A stretch of DNA of 64,000 nucleotides, taken from the NCBI GenBank assembly GCA_965153285.1, contig OZ229115.1; one strand, written 5' to 3'. Each line of letters opens with the position of its first letter. The first letter of the stretch is position 1. Source of the stretch: Podarcis tiliguerta (taxonomy: Eukaryota). The notes under the pieces are model-generated. The model saw only the letters and a program-made list of their open reading frames with translations. It was not told the origin of the DNA and searched no databases. This document shows positions 38,177 through 49,800 of this stretch, in pieces. A program made the translations under genes and the position numbers.

Positions 38177-39639
38177 CTTCATATATATATAATTTTATTA
38201 AGTTTTCATATTTTTCCTTTGTCACATTCATATCAAATCATATAATCACATACAACTTTGTGCTCATACCAACCAATGACTTCCCCCACTCCCACTCCCT
38301 GGCTTTCTTAAGCAATCACAATCCTCTTAGCATTTCTTTATCACCCTATTTACCTTCTTACTATACTTAAAAAAAATTACTTTAGTATTTGTAAATCAGT
38401 AAATTATCATTACAAAATATTTTAAATCAAATCTGCAAACGTTCTCAAATGTTTACAGTGTTCTTTCATATATTGTATAAATTTACTCCAGTCCAATCCT
38501 TTTCTTTTCTTTTTTGATTTTATTGTTACCGTTCACATTAACACACCATACAGAAAAATAAAATAAATTTCCATCACCACCAAAGAAAAAAAGAAGAGAA
38601 TTAATACATCAACTAATAACCTTCAAATTCTATGTGGATGTCCTCCCAAAACACCTTAATTTCTGTACACTTCCACCACATATGGAATACAGTACCTGGC
38701 TTTTCTTTACACCTCCAGCAGTTATTTGGGACATTTTTTAACATCTTGGACAATTTCCAGGGGGTTAAATGCCACCGATGCTGCATTTTAAGAAAATTCT
38801 CTCTCAGAGAGTAACAGGCTGTAAAATTTCAATTTGTTTTAGACAGGCTTTCCCACTGCTTCATTGTTATTGAGTACCCAAAATCTTGCGACTGCTTAAT
38901 CACAGCCTCTGTAACATCCTCCTCCTTGACTTCCCAGTCAAGGAGGAGTTGGTATACTTTAGAAAGTGTTTTAATTCTGGAGTTCACCAAATCCTATTCA
39001 AATCTAGAAGTCTCAGTGGAAAAACCCTTTTGTTTGTCAATTTTGAATGTCTCAAATAATTGGTGATACTGAAACCAATCAGAAAGGCACTCACTTATTT
39101 CCCCGAAGCTTTTTAATTTCAATTGGTTATTATCCTCCTTTAGGAGTACTTTATATGTTGGCCAGGGTCCCTGGGTATTTTTTCTCTTGACCGCCTTAGC
39201 CTCTGTTGGTGAGATCCACCAGGGAACCTTGGGTTCGAGCAGGTTTTTATACTTCTCCCAAACCGTCATTAGCGATTTCCTAATAATATGGTTCGAAAAA
39301 TTTCTATGAACTTTTGCTTTCACATACGCTAAGTACGCATGCCATCCTCATCGATTGCCATAACCCTCCAAGTCTAAGAGGTCTGGGTCCTGCAGCGTAC
39401 ACCACTCCTTTAACCAGGTGAGACTCCAGTCCTTTTCAAACAGTTTGTCACGCTGGTTTCGGATTTTCCCTGTCAGCTTTGCGGGTCTGCATATTCAATC
39501 CTTTTTATCTGCCATTCTTCCAAAGTTGGAAGTTCCTGCTGCTTCCATTTCAGGGCTAAAAGTGTCCTTGCAGCCATGGTAGCATACATAAACATACTTA
39601 AATCTACTTTTGGAATTTCTTCTCCCGCAATACCCGATA
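38177..39639 (-). mobile_element. L1-clade LINE, outer 5'-truncated copy
   Basis: 14-bp TSD CAGTCTCTAATTCT at 38163-38176 and 39640-39653. ORF2 C-terminus reads FMYATMAARTLLALKWK...LFEKDWS, continuing as DWSKFIQYMKEHC after the insert. Confidence 0.88.
38495..39422 (-). mobile_element. L1-clade segment inserted in the outer L1
   Basis: 10-bp direct repeat ACTCCAGTCC at 38485-38494 and 39423-39432. ORF2 includes the CWRCKEKPGTVFHMWWKC knuckle. It has its own AATAAA and A-rich tail at ~38495-38525. Confidence 0.8.
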
Positions 39640-40196
39640 CAGTCTCTAATTCTTTGGTCATGTTAAAGCACACAGTTTTTCCTTTTTAAAAATTACAGCT
39701 GCAGGGTGAATCAAGATCAGGACTATGATGTAGGGATGTAGGATTTATCCCTTTTCTTCTGTGCTGCACTTCTGGTGAAAATTGGCCTTTTGGTGTTGCT
39801 ATTTTGTACCAACGAGAAGCTGCCATTGGAGCCCAAAAGTTAATTTCTGCCGCCCAACAAATGCCATTTGGAAGATAAATGGAAAATAACTTCAGTCACT
39901 CAAATACAATAGATCACTATTTTCTAGGTATCTGTGAAAGTATATAAAGCCCCTGAAGAAGGCATTTTGGCTGAAAAACATTGGGCTATTTATAAAAATT
40001 CATGCAGTCTTTCTTTTTGGAAGCTAATGAATGTTTTTACCCAAAGGCGAACTACCTGCTTTACATTCTATGGCAATTCAGTGACAAGGAGGTAGTATTG
40101 GTTGCTAATGTGGTATTTAACTGAGCTGAAGAAGGCTGAACAAGGGGCAGTAGATGAAAATTTCAGTGGAACATTTTCAAAAGAGGAATAATTTAA

Positions 40197-40353
40197 CCGG
40201 GGTGCCAACTGGAATAAAATATTGGGGGGCCCACATAATCACATGACACAGCACACCATCAACAATGGCCATCAACTTCAGAGGGCCCAGCTCCCTCAAA
40301 TATTTTATTGGGGTAGTCCAAGGAACCTCAGCCCCTAGGGGTTGGTTCCTGTG
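40197..40353 (+). mobile_element. Short hAT-like MITE, same family as 44151-44337
   Basis: ggggtgccaact...atcacatgacacag...cctcaaatattttat is shared with the second copy. Flanks aatttaa / aatctaa. Confidence 0.7.
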
Positions 40354-40569
40354 AATCTAACCATTCATTGTCAAAGAAAACAAGTATTTCCCTAAACTGT
40401 TAGAGCTGAAACTTCACAAATTCACTTAGGCACAGTTTCCGTATTTTGCTGTACTTTATTTAATACTTTTCTATTTGTTTTGTAAAACTAAAACAAGTTA
40501 CAAAACCCAACAACATCCAATTTTCATATTAAATACAACTGAGTCTGAACATCTCCAGCTGTCTTTAGC

Positions 40570-40750
40570 AAGTCAGACCATTCGTGCAGTCTAACCCAGT
40601 TGTGTCTGCACTGACTGCCAAGATATCCAAGGTCTTAGGCACAGATATTTCCCAGATTTTGCTATCTGTGATCTTTCAAATGGAGATGATGGGAACTGAA
40701 CCTAACATTTTGCACATCCAAATCACGTGCTTGTACCATGGGACCAGTGA
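40570..40750 (-). mobile_element. Degenerate tRNA-SINE (Squam3-like)
   Basis: Weak colinearity with 16099-16283. Confidence 0.55.
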
Positions 40751-41680
40751 CTCATCTTCTAGCTGTGACTAGAAGTGGATGGACAGAGGAGAGCATACAA
40801 CGAAAAACATAACTGCAGAGTGAAACATATTCACCAGGGTTAATACATCTGCCCTATTCACTTTACCCTTCTGTCAGTTCAAGGGGAAGAGTTGGTGTGG
40901 GAGCTGGAGGCCTGAGGCAAGAAAGATAGCAAGGAAGGGAAAAGGGTTTAAAAAAAACCCTATCGAGGGTTTGGGGATGGAAGTAAGTGAATGGGCATGG
41001 GAGGTTTAGAGGCTAGCAAATTGGGTTAGGGAGGTCAAAGAGTGTTGACTATTGGCTGTAGGATCTTGTATATATCAGCCATTTTAATCCTATAGATCTA
41101 ATTATTTCAGTTTATATCTTAACAGGTAAGATCTGCCAAGTTGGGATAGGGTGGCAAGGTAAAGGCAAGGTTGAACAAGGCAAAGGAGGCTTATCACAGA
41201 CTAGTTTTGTTGTTTTAAACTAGGGAACAAGACTGACTTAGAAGCTTGAATAGGGACAGGGCAATACTACTTGCTCCAGCTGAGAGGTCTGATTTTCTGC
41301 CTCTTGTCACTAAAATATCCCTCCCTGACTTCACTCGGGGCCTGGTTCTGAACCTACTGTGGAAATCTTAGGTCCTCACAATAGCTTTATGAAATAGATT
41401 AGACACAAGGCTACCCATCAAATTTTGTCACTCAGTGAGTGTTTTAACCTGGTTCTCCTGACCAGACCGAACCTTCAATTTACTCTAGTATGTGTGCTTC
41501 ATATACACAGATGCTTGGTGTAAGTACAAAGTATTCCTTCTTCATGCTGATAATACATTTTTTTACCTTCTTCTTGCATTTTGTGTTCTCCTAGAGGGCT
41601 TTTTTTTTTTAAGCCCTTCCTTTTGCTCCACCTCTCCCCACTCTCCAAAAATGATTAGAAAGAATTATTGCCATTAGGAC

Positions 41681-41940
41681 NNNNNNNNNNNNNNNNNNNN
41701 NNNNNNNNNNNNNNNNNNNNNNNNNNNNNNNNNNNNNNNNNNNNNNNNNNNNNNNNNNNNNNNNNNNNNNNNNNNNNNNNNNNNNNNNNNNNNNNNNNNN
41801 NNNNNNNNNNNNNNNNNNNNNNNNNNNNNNNNNNNNNNNNNNNNNNNNNNNNNNNNNNNNNNNNNNNNNNNNNNNNNNNNNNNNNNNNNNNNNNNNNNNN
41901 NNNNNNNNNNNNNNNNNNNNNNNNNNNNNNNNNNNNNNNN
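41681..41940. other. N-run, 260 nt
   Basis: Run of N in the sequence. Confidence 1.
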
Positions 41941-42351
41941 AGCCATCCAAGGAGCAGTTAGGGATGTTCTTAAATGGGGAAGACAAAGTAATCAGGGCCG
42001 CGACTTCCTGACTAAAGGATCCTCTTCCGGAGATGAAGAGCTGTATGTCTGAGCAAGAAGTACATACACTTTGTGTCTCCCTTTGAGACCGTTGAGGCCT
42101 TATAGAGCCACTTCGTGCCATGTCCTTTCCAAATGTAAGGCCACATCGGGCACCTGATCATACAAGCGTGTGTGGTTCTAGGTCTGCACCAGCGATAGCA
42201 GGAATCAGATAATTTGACCATGTATGGCTAAAATTAATGATACACGAACCAGGTGCCATGTTGAAGATGAGATTAATGTAAGAGATAATGAAGTTACTGT
42301 AGACATCTACTGCACATCATTTGCTTATAGGATTCTGCTCTAAGACTTAAG

Positions 42352-42485
42352 CAGGGATGATGAACTTGTGACCATCCAGGTGTTGGACTCCCAATTCCCA
42401 TCATTTGCAGCCAGCATGGCCAATGGTGAGGGATGATGGAAACTAGTCCAACAGTATCTGGAGAACCATAGGTTCCCCACCTCTA
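42352..42485. mobile_element. Degenerate hAT MITE
   Basis: tgttggactcccaattcccatcat...gatgatggaaactagtccaaca palindrome, same type as 24137-24271. Confidence 0.7.
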
Positions 42486-42839
42486 GTTTAGGAGGCTTCC
42501 TGAGCCCAAGATTGTACCCTTTGACTACCTGGACTAATAACCTTGGTAGTATGACCCCACCTTTTACTATTCCCCCCTCCACCCATGTTTTTACACACAC
42601 AGCTGCCAATTGAAGATATCAGTTCAGAAACCTGATAGTGGTCTCTAGGACACAAAAGTGCTTTAAATATTAAATTTGTTAGTTAAGGTGCTTATATAGG
42701 ACTCCTTGTTATTTTTGCAGCAGACACACAGCCACCCTTTTGTGTTAATAACTGTCATAGAATCCATAACTATGCCCCAGTTGTTAGCTCAATTATGCCA
42801 GTGTCCTTCCTATCTCTTACTAATGCTGTAGGCCCATCA

Positions 42840-43260
42840 TGTGCTGTATAGAGTTGTACCATCTTAGTCGAAGTATGTTGCCTTTCACACTTGTCAGATC
42901 CCTTCTAGGTTCCTGTGTTTTGGCAAGTGATAATAAAAGGTCCCTTTTATATTTTCCCAGTCACAGTCTTATGGATGTCTTGCGTTTTTCTTGTGTGTCT
43001 GAGGCATCAAAGGTGGTCCCAGAGGTATGGTTGATGGTAGAGTTACAGTCTGAACTTGAAGGCAATTCTAGAGATGTATTGGAGCTGCCATTGAATTGTT
43101 TGACGTTGTTCTTCTCTTCCTCAGTTGGTTCTTTTTCTGCTTCTAGGATCTTTTTTGTCCTCAGCCAAAATACTTCCCTAGCCTTCTAATTCTTCTCTTC
43201 CAGCCAGCTTGCCCCCAGTCTTCTGAGACCAAGGCCAAGTGGGAGTATCTGGGATGGAAA
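42840..43260 (-). mobile_element. Possible very old L1 ORF2 fragment
   Basis: Minus-strand remnants 'PYLWD' and 'LRWY' in A-rich coding-like sequence. Confidence 0.3.
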
Positions 43261-43599
43261 TGAAGTCCACAAAACCTTTAAAAACAAAACAAGACTTTCC
43301 CAAACTTAGTGATTAGCATTCTTCATAGGATACATTCTTTTATATTTGGGTGTAAATGAATTTGGCATTTCAGACTGGACAAGTGGGATGTTAGAAATGA
43401 ATTAGAATGAACAGGAAGATCACTTAATTTAATACTGCAGGAGGTGTCCATTCTATAAACAGAAAACAGTGGATATGGAGTTCACGAGAACACACTTGAA
43501 CAGGCATGACAATACCACTCTGCTCCTTCCATCCTAGATAAGAAGGCTTCCTCATCACACCTCAGTGTGATCACGTTTGTCCTTGCCGCATCACAGGCA

Positions 43600-43920
43600 G
43601 GGTAGGCAAGGAAATGGAGCACAGTGCATAGCTTGTAAAATGCCATTGGATGAGATTAGAGCAGGATGGGGCAACAATGTAAACAGGACAAGCTTTGTAA
43701 ACACAACTGCAGCTGGGATAAATTTAGCTGGTTGGGGTTGCAGCCATAGCACTGCAGGACACTGTGTCAGGGCATTCTTGCTAGGAGGGGAAACTGGATA
43801 AACAAACACAGCTTGTCGCTTCTTCTTTGCTTTGTCCCTCAATTGTGTCCCAACATTGTTATTCCAGTTGGACAATTGTGCCGCACACTGAAGGAACCAG
43901 GCATAAATTTATGGGTATTT
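43600..43920. promoter_or_regulatory. Candidate FOX/SOX enhancer
   Basis: AACAAT 43673, TGTAAACA 43678 and 43696, ATAAACA 43798, CATTGTT 43854, palindrome CATAAATTTATG 43902-43913. Confidence 0.4.
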
Positions 43921-44150
43921 TGATGTCCTCATCCCTTTACATTACTTGTACTTATGGATATTTGCTTATGAGTGTGGGTCCTTTCTGTCTCTCCTGAGAG
44001 CCAAACTGTGCCCACCAAATGTTATCCAATTCAAATACAATCTCTTGAATGTTCAGGAGTGTGTGCAATCTGCATACTGTGTGTGTATTTTATGCATGGT
44101 TCCTTAAATATGTACACTTGAAGGAAGAAACTCTTGAGCCAACACCAGGA

Positions 44151-44337
44151 TAGGGGTGCCAACTTCAGTAAAATATGAAGGGGCAAGTAAGCCCCGCCCC
44201 GCACAACTGATCACATGACACAGTGTGCGCACACTATTTGAATGGCAATGCCCATCAACTTTGAGGGAGCCCAGCCCCCTCAAATATTTTATGGGGGGGG
44301 CTGAAGACGCCTCGGCCCCTATGAGTTGACTCCTATG
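44151..44337 (+). mobile_element. Short hAT-like MITE
   Basis: taggggtgccaact / agttgactcctatg ends, flanking direct repeat accagga. Confidence 0.75.
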
Positions 44338-44434
44338 ACCAGGACTATAATTAAAACACACAAAAACACAAACAGACAAACTCAGAGGTAGCATTCAGAA
44401 GTATGAAAATACCTTCGAACATTATGCTACATTG

Positions 44435-44485
44435 TATGGGGAAATATATTCCAAGAATATATATGGGGAAATATATTCCAAGAAT
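44435..44485. repeat. 24-bp tandem duplication
   Basis: tatggggaaatatattccaagaat twice, period 27. Confidence 0.9.
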
Positions 44486-45302
44486 TTGGCTGCTATAGAT
44501 GTGTGAACTACAAACGCCTTTAACTTGCTATCTCAAGATATCTGAGGGTCTGTCTATGTTAACTTATAGAGAGAGCACTTCAATTCCCAAGCCTCCATTA
44601 CAAGGCATTTTGGAGATGAAAGTCTTTAGAACTTTCTGAGTATGTGGATAACTTGCACACATACACTCAAAGGAAAAAGCCAGATAAATTTTATCGGCTT
44701 TTACTCTAGAAGCAATATGCTTTAAAGCAAGATATATATATATATGCAGTGTAGTGCTGGTCTATGCTGCAAGGCCATCTGATTTTCATTTCTTATCACA
44801 TGGATGCCTACATTCACCATTTCAAGCACATGCATTCTCACACCTACCTATTGGCAGAAAAATCTGCATACCCATAACATGCTGTCCACATTTGATATAA
44901 AATCCAATGACATGTGACATTTGGAAAAGGTCACCTCTCCCCCCAGAATTCATAATCCTGCTCCAGCCAAAGAATCCACAAGGTCATCATCTCTTCAGTG
45001 GGCCTATTGATTCCTCGGGGGGGGGGGATGAGAAATGGGATAGGGATTTCTTTATCCATCCGGCAAAAGGGGCTGAGGATGGAGAGGTTGTAGGATAATT
45101 ACTAGGTGATGGGGGAGTTGCCTGTTAGTCTGATGACAGCTTCAGAGATTGCATGAGAGAGGATAATTAGCTGAAAACAATTCAAGAGTCATGGACTCCA
45201 TATAGAGCAGGTATCAACTACATGTTCATATGGAGTTATGAAGTAAAGGTCAGGCAAGAGGGGAGACTGGTTTTGCACTTGAGTCATTCTTGTGGACTTC
45301 TG

Positions 45303-45455
45303 AGAGATAGCTCAGTTGGTAGAGCATGAGACTGTTGGTCTCAGGGTTGTGAGTTCGAGCCCCATGTTGGGTAAAAGATTCCTGCATTGCAGGGAGTTGG
45401 ACTAGATGGCCCTTGTGGTCCCTTCCAACTCTACACTTCTATGATTCTATGATTC
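45303..45455 (+). mobile_element. tRNA-Lys-derived SINE with CR1 3' tail
   Basis: Head tagctcagttggtagagcatgagact...ctcagggttgtgagttcgagccccatgttggg matches tRNA-Lys(CTT) except for a mutated anticodon loop. Tail ggtcccttccaactct...(ttctatga)2 is the CR1 terminus. Confidence 0.9.
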
Positions 45456-45547
45456 CATAGGCATCTGGTTAGCACTGTGAGAATAGGATGCTAGACTAAC
45501 ACGCTTGGCAGGCTTGATATAGTTTGCAGGCCAAGGCCCATGCCTGA

Positions 45548-47720
45548 CCCTAGTGTGGATTACTGCAATGCATTTACAGGTAGTTGTCTTTGAAAACAGA
45601 CTTGAAACTTCAGCTAGTCCAAAGTGAGATAGCTAGATTTTTAACTGGAACTGGCCTTTCTGATCATATGTGAGTATTTGTTGTTTGTATCTGTCTGTCT
45701 TGTGACACAATGGAAGAGTGCACTTTTGTTGTAAAGTCAAACCTTTGGAGAGTTACAGTGCCTGCTGTGGCTGTAGAGGCCAATGCAGCAGAGACACGTT
45801 TTATTGCAGGTAAGACAGATGAAAGCATCTGGTTTTGCTGCTACAGGTGCATCATGGTGTTTCTTTTATCTGTGCTCCTCCCAGTAGTCATTCCTCCTCT
45901 GGTCGCTGCTGTGGATACACAAGCTAGCTGACTCTAGGCACTTTGATCATCTGCAAGGGATTCCCATATGGCGGGGTTAATGTTGTTAACCTTCATATCT
46001 CATTTTCAGACATCTTTGTAACACAGAGTTGGTCTGGCAACAGGCCTAATGCCTGAAGCCAGCTCCCTTTAGAGGACGTCCTTGGGGATCCTGCCATCTT
46101 CCATTCTTTGGACATGATCAAGCCAGCATAGACATCACTGAAACAGAAGCGTGAACATGCTGGGGATGTGGGCTTGGGGGAACACATATTTGTTTGAGAC
46201 TCAGTCCTGGAAGGCATTGAGGCGTTGCTACTGTCGGGTGTCAGTTGCCTACAACGCACTTCCATAAAGCAGTGTGCTCAATGCTCAAGCCTGGTAGACC
46301 TTCATCTTGCTATTAGTTGTTAGCGTCACATTTTCCCATACCCTTTTGGAGAGGTGAGCCATTGCCCCAGCTGCCTTGCCAATACGCTTGTCCAGCTCAG
46401 TGTCGATGGAAAGGTTGCTGATTATGGTAGAGCCCAGGTAGACAAAATAGTTTACCATCTCAAGCGTATGGTCACCAATGCTGGTGTGTGGAGTGCTTGC
46501 AACATCCCAACCCAGGAAGTTGGTCTTTCTCAAGATGATTGTGACACCGAACTAGGTGCAGCCTTTTGCAAAACAGTTGATGAGTCTCTGTAGAGCGGTG
46601 TCAAGGCTGTGTCATCTGCAGACATCATCTCTCAGATAAGAACCTTCCACACTTTAGTCTTGAATAGACCCCTGCCAATCCTTGAATGGAAGTATGCACC
46701 ACCTTCAGTTGAGCTGAAGGCATAGGAAAGCAACAGTGAAAAGAATATGCCAAAGTGTTGGAGCGAGAACACGGTCCTGTTTCACACGGCTATTTATAGG
46801 GAAGGCATCCGAGGATGAACCTTCATACTGGACGGTGCTGTGCATGTTCTTGTGGAAGGACACAATCATCTTGTGGAGCTTAGGTGGGCATCTTATCTTG
46901 TTGAGCAGTGTTAAGGGTCCTTTTTGGCTGACAAGGTCAAAGACCATTGTCAGGTCTATGAAGGTGATTTACAGGGGGCATCTCTGCTCTTGGCATTTCT
47001 CCTGGCGCAGTGAGAAAATAATGTCAGCTGCTGACCTGAACTCTAAAGATGCATTATGACTTGGGATAGGCCCTCTCAACGAGTAACTGTAATCTGGTGA
47101 GAACTATGTGGGCAAAGGCTTTCTCTACAGTACTCAGCAGGGAGATACTATGGTAGTTGTTACAATCATGGCAGTCACCTTTGTTATTATAGAGGGTCAC
47201 AATGCCAGGGTCGTGCAAGTCTTGTGGCACGGATCCTTTCCCCCAACTATTCCCATGTGAGGAGTGGGTCAAATTCAAAGTGCTGGTTTTAATGTTCAAA
47301 GCTCAAAATGTCTTGTGGCCAGGTTCCCTAAAGATCAACTCCTCTGACACTTACTTACACTGACCCTAGGACCTTTAGTTCTTCTCAGGGTGCCAAATGA
47401 GGTATGGTGGGTGGCTGTCAGAGAAATGGCATTTTTATTGGTGACACCCTAATGCTCTCCCCAGAGAGACTCACCTGGGGCCTATGTTATGGTCTTCCTA
47501 GTAGCAGATGGCGACCTTTTTATTTTCCTGCTGTAAGACCTTAAGTGGCTTTACCTCAGTTGTGCGAGTGTAAGTTTTATTGTTGCTGGATTTACTTATT
47601 TATTTTAATACCATGGCTGGCTTTATTCCACTTAATTTTTATGGTTTTTAGTTTTTATTGTTAACTTCCCATAGGACATTGTTAATTGGGTGGTATACAA
47701 AGGATGCAAATCAATCAGTG
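45548..47720 (+). mobile_element. Old L2 LINE split by an RTE insertion
   Basis: Left piece encodes DYCNA...KLQLVQ...ARFLTG...DH. Right piece, from ~47266, encodes VKFKVLVLMFKA and runs into an L2-type 3' UTR. Confidence 0.7.
45678..47265 (-). mobile_element. RTE-clade LINE (non-BovB), 5'-truncated and decayed
   Basis: NNYHSISLLS, RVKQDRVLAPTL, SADD (RT motif, ~46615), FVYLGS...RIGKAAGAM, GRIPKD and a C-terminal CxxC...HxxxC finger, with many frameshifts. Confidence 0.92.
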
Positions 47721-48538
47721 GATCAATTTATATAGTCCTGGGTTTAACCACATGCTCATGGTGGTTGGATGAACATAGCAGTTGTGGCTTTATTACTATA
47801 GAATCAAGAGTGTGTGACGAACACCCACCTGGACTGCAATTTGTTTTTCCTTAGCAATTGGTTATTGCTACAGGCAGTGGTAACCCTAGCTCTCTTGTCT
47901 CTTTCCTCTCCTTTGCATATTTTTGACTCATGCTTCTTCCAAGAAGCTCAAGGATATTGTATCCTCACAATAAACCTGTAGATGTACTTTAAATTGCATA
48001 TTTGTGATACAGGTTTATATGAACTGATGTCATATTTCTGGTGTGTAGTCGTGAGCAAGATCAGCCTTCATAATCACATAGCTGTCTAGGTTTGCATACA
48101 TCCAGACTGAAAGTAAGTACATGACTCCTGGGGAGGGCAGTATGGTCAGTGTTCCTGCAGAATTTGAATGGACTGTCTCTTACTATGGTACCAATCCGCA
48201 TGGCACAGTTAACAGCAAATAGATAGTATGGCTCTATGAAGCTGAGCGGTACATCAGCATGCGAGCTTCCTGGCACATTCCTGTTGAATGCTGGAATGTA
48301 TAGGAAGCATACAGAAAATGAAGCCCAGTGTGCCATTGTACAACCTTTCAGTCTTACACTTTGAGAAGCAAAGAGTGTACTTCTTTAGCTTGCTCCTCAT
48401 TCTTCCAATGTGCAGCACAAATACTTGGGTATCAAGCAAAATGCCAGAAATCAAACATACTGCAAGAATGATTCCCAAATAAATGCAACGTCTTTATGGA
48501 AAGCTCAATCTGTAGGCCATTAAGCCATACAACAACAG

Positions 48539-48591
48539 TAGATTTTGTACCCATCTTTGCAACCCACTAGATTTTGTACCCATCTTTGCAA
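48539..48591. repeat. 24-bp tandem duplication
   Basis: tagattttgtacccatctttgcaa twice, period 29. Confidence 0.9.
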
Positions 48592-48699
48592 TCAAAATGA
48601 GGTCCAGTAATTAGAATTCTGAAGGTACCAGAACAGACATTCTGCAGTAAATTTGCCTACCATTGAAAGACAAAAGGCTGGATTCAATTATGAAGGTGG

Positions 48700-48875
48700 G
48701 CTAATGGGAGCCAATGCAAGGAGTTCCACTAGTGCAATGGAACTTTCTCTCCTCTCCTCCCTCTGCATGCCCCGGAACCTAAATTGACTAAATTGAACTC
48801 CCAGAACAGCACAGGGAGAGGAGAGGGGAAATTGTTTCATTGGGCAAACTGAAATGCTTGTGCTGATGGAATGAT
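48700..48875. mobile_element. Degenerate palindromic MITE
   Basis: caatggaactttctctcctctcctccct / agggagaggagaggggaaattgtttcattg inverted arms, related to 60130-60300. Confidence 0.55.
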
Positions 48876-49449
48876 TGGAAAAGTGTAATGATGAATTTCT
48901 CCCATAATGTTTGTGCTAAAATTGGATTGTAATTTAAATTGGATGGTAATTTGATTAATTGTAGGAATGCTATTAAAATGCATAATTATCAAAACAGATT
49001 TCAGAATACCCTTTTTACCACAACACACTGACTGAACCTAGCAGAAGGGCCCCAGTTCCAAAACTAATCTATGCCTACTGAATTATTTTGAGATATCTAG
49101 TGGGCATCCAGGAAAAAAATGCAGATTATAAAACCGGTTTATTTCTGGATTGGGAATTGGGGAAGTTTCCTACTCCCTAATTACAAGCCATACCATTTGT
49201 ACAATTCTTAAATGTCTTGTTCTATGTCTTATTTTCCTCTTGGCAATAATGGAGCAGCTGTATGCTGTTCACGTTTACAAGTCTAGATCAGATGTAACAC
49301 TTGCTGAATTTAAGGGTTGCAACTGGGAGTATACCTCACTGATTTTCAGGCCACCATGTGGGAGAGCATTCCATACTCCTATTGAGGTGACTTTTCAAAG
49401 CAGAGAGGACTATTGCGGATGTGGCCCTTTCGTGCTGTCCAAACCACTA

Positions 49450-49800
49450 TGAGTTATGGCTTCTCCAGCCTCTAATTATGCAGTCAGCCCCCAGTCGCCT
49501 GTTCCTAACGAGGCTGACAGGCTAATCTCTCAAGAGCCCTTAATGTGTTATCATCTCTCGCTGGGTGACCTCATATTTCTAACTGCTTTGGTGGGGGGAG
49601 GAAGGAAAAGTGTCGTCTTCTCTCCCCCCTCAACATAAGCCCACATCCTCAGGCTCATCTGTTCAGGCAAGGGAGATCAGCCCATCCATCACCTACCCCG
49701 TTGGGCTATTAGATGATTAAAGGCATTTTTTATAATATTTGGGCGAGTTTTCAAAGCTTCTTGCAAAGTGTCTGATTAACACCCGTTTTAACCCCTCACT
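49450..49800. promoter_or_regulatory. Candidate homeodomain-rich enhancer
   Basis: TAATTA ~49473, TGACAG 49515, TAATCT 49523, TGATTAA 49714 and 49773, several CpGs. Confidence 0.4.

Noticed and set aside
45303-45372. tRNA-Lys gene
   Set aside because: The anticodon loop and acceptor stem are mutated, and it is followed by a CR1-type tail. It is a SINE head.
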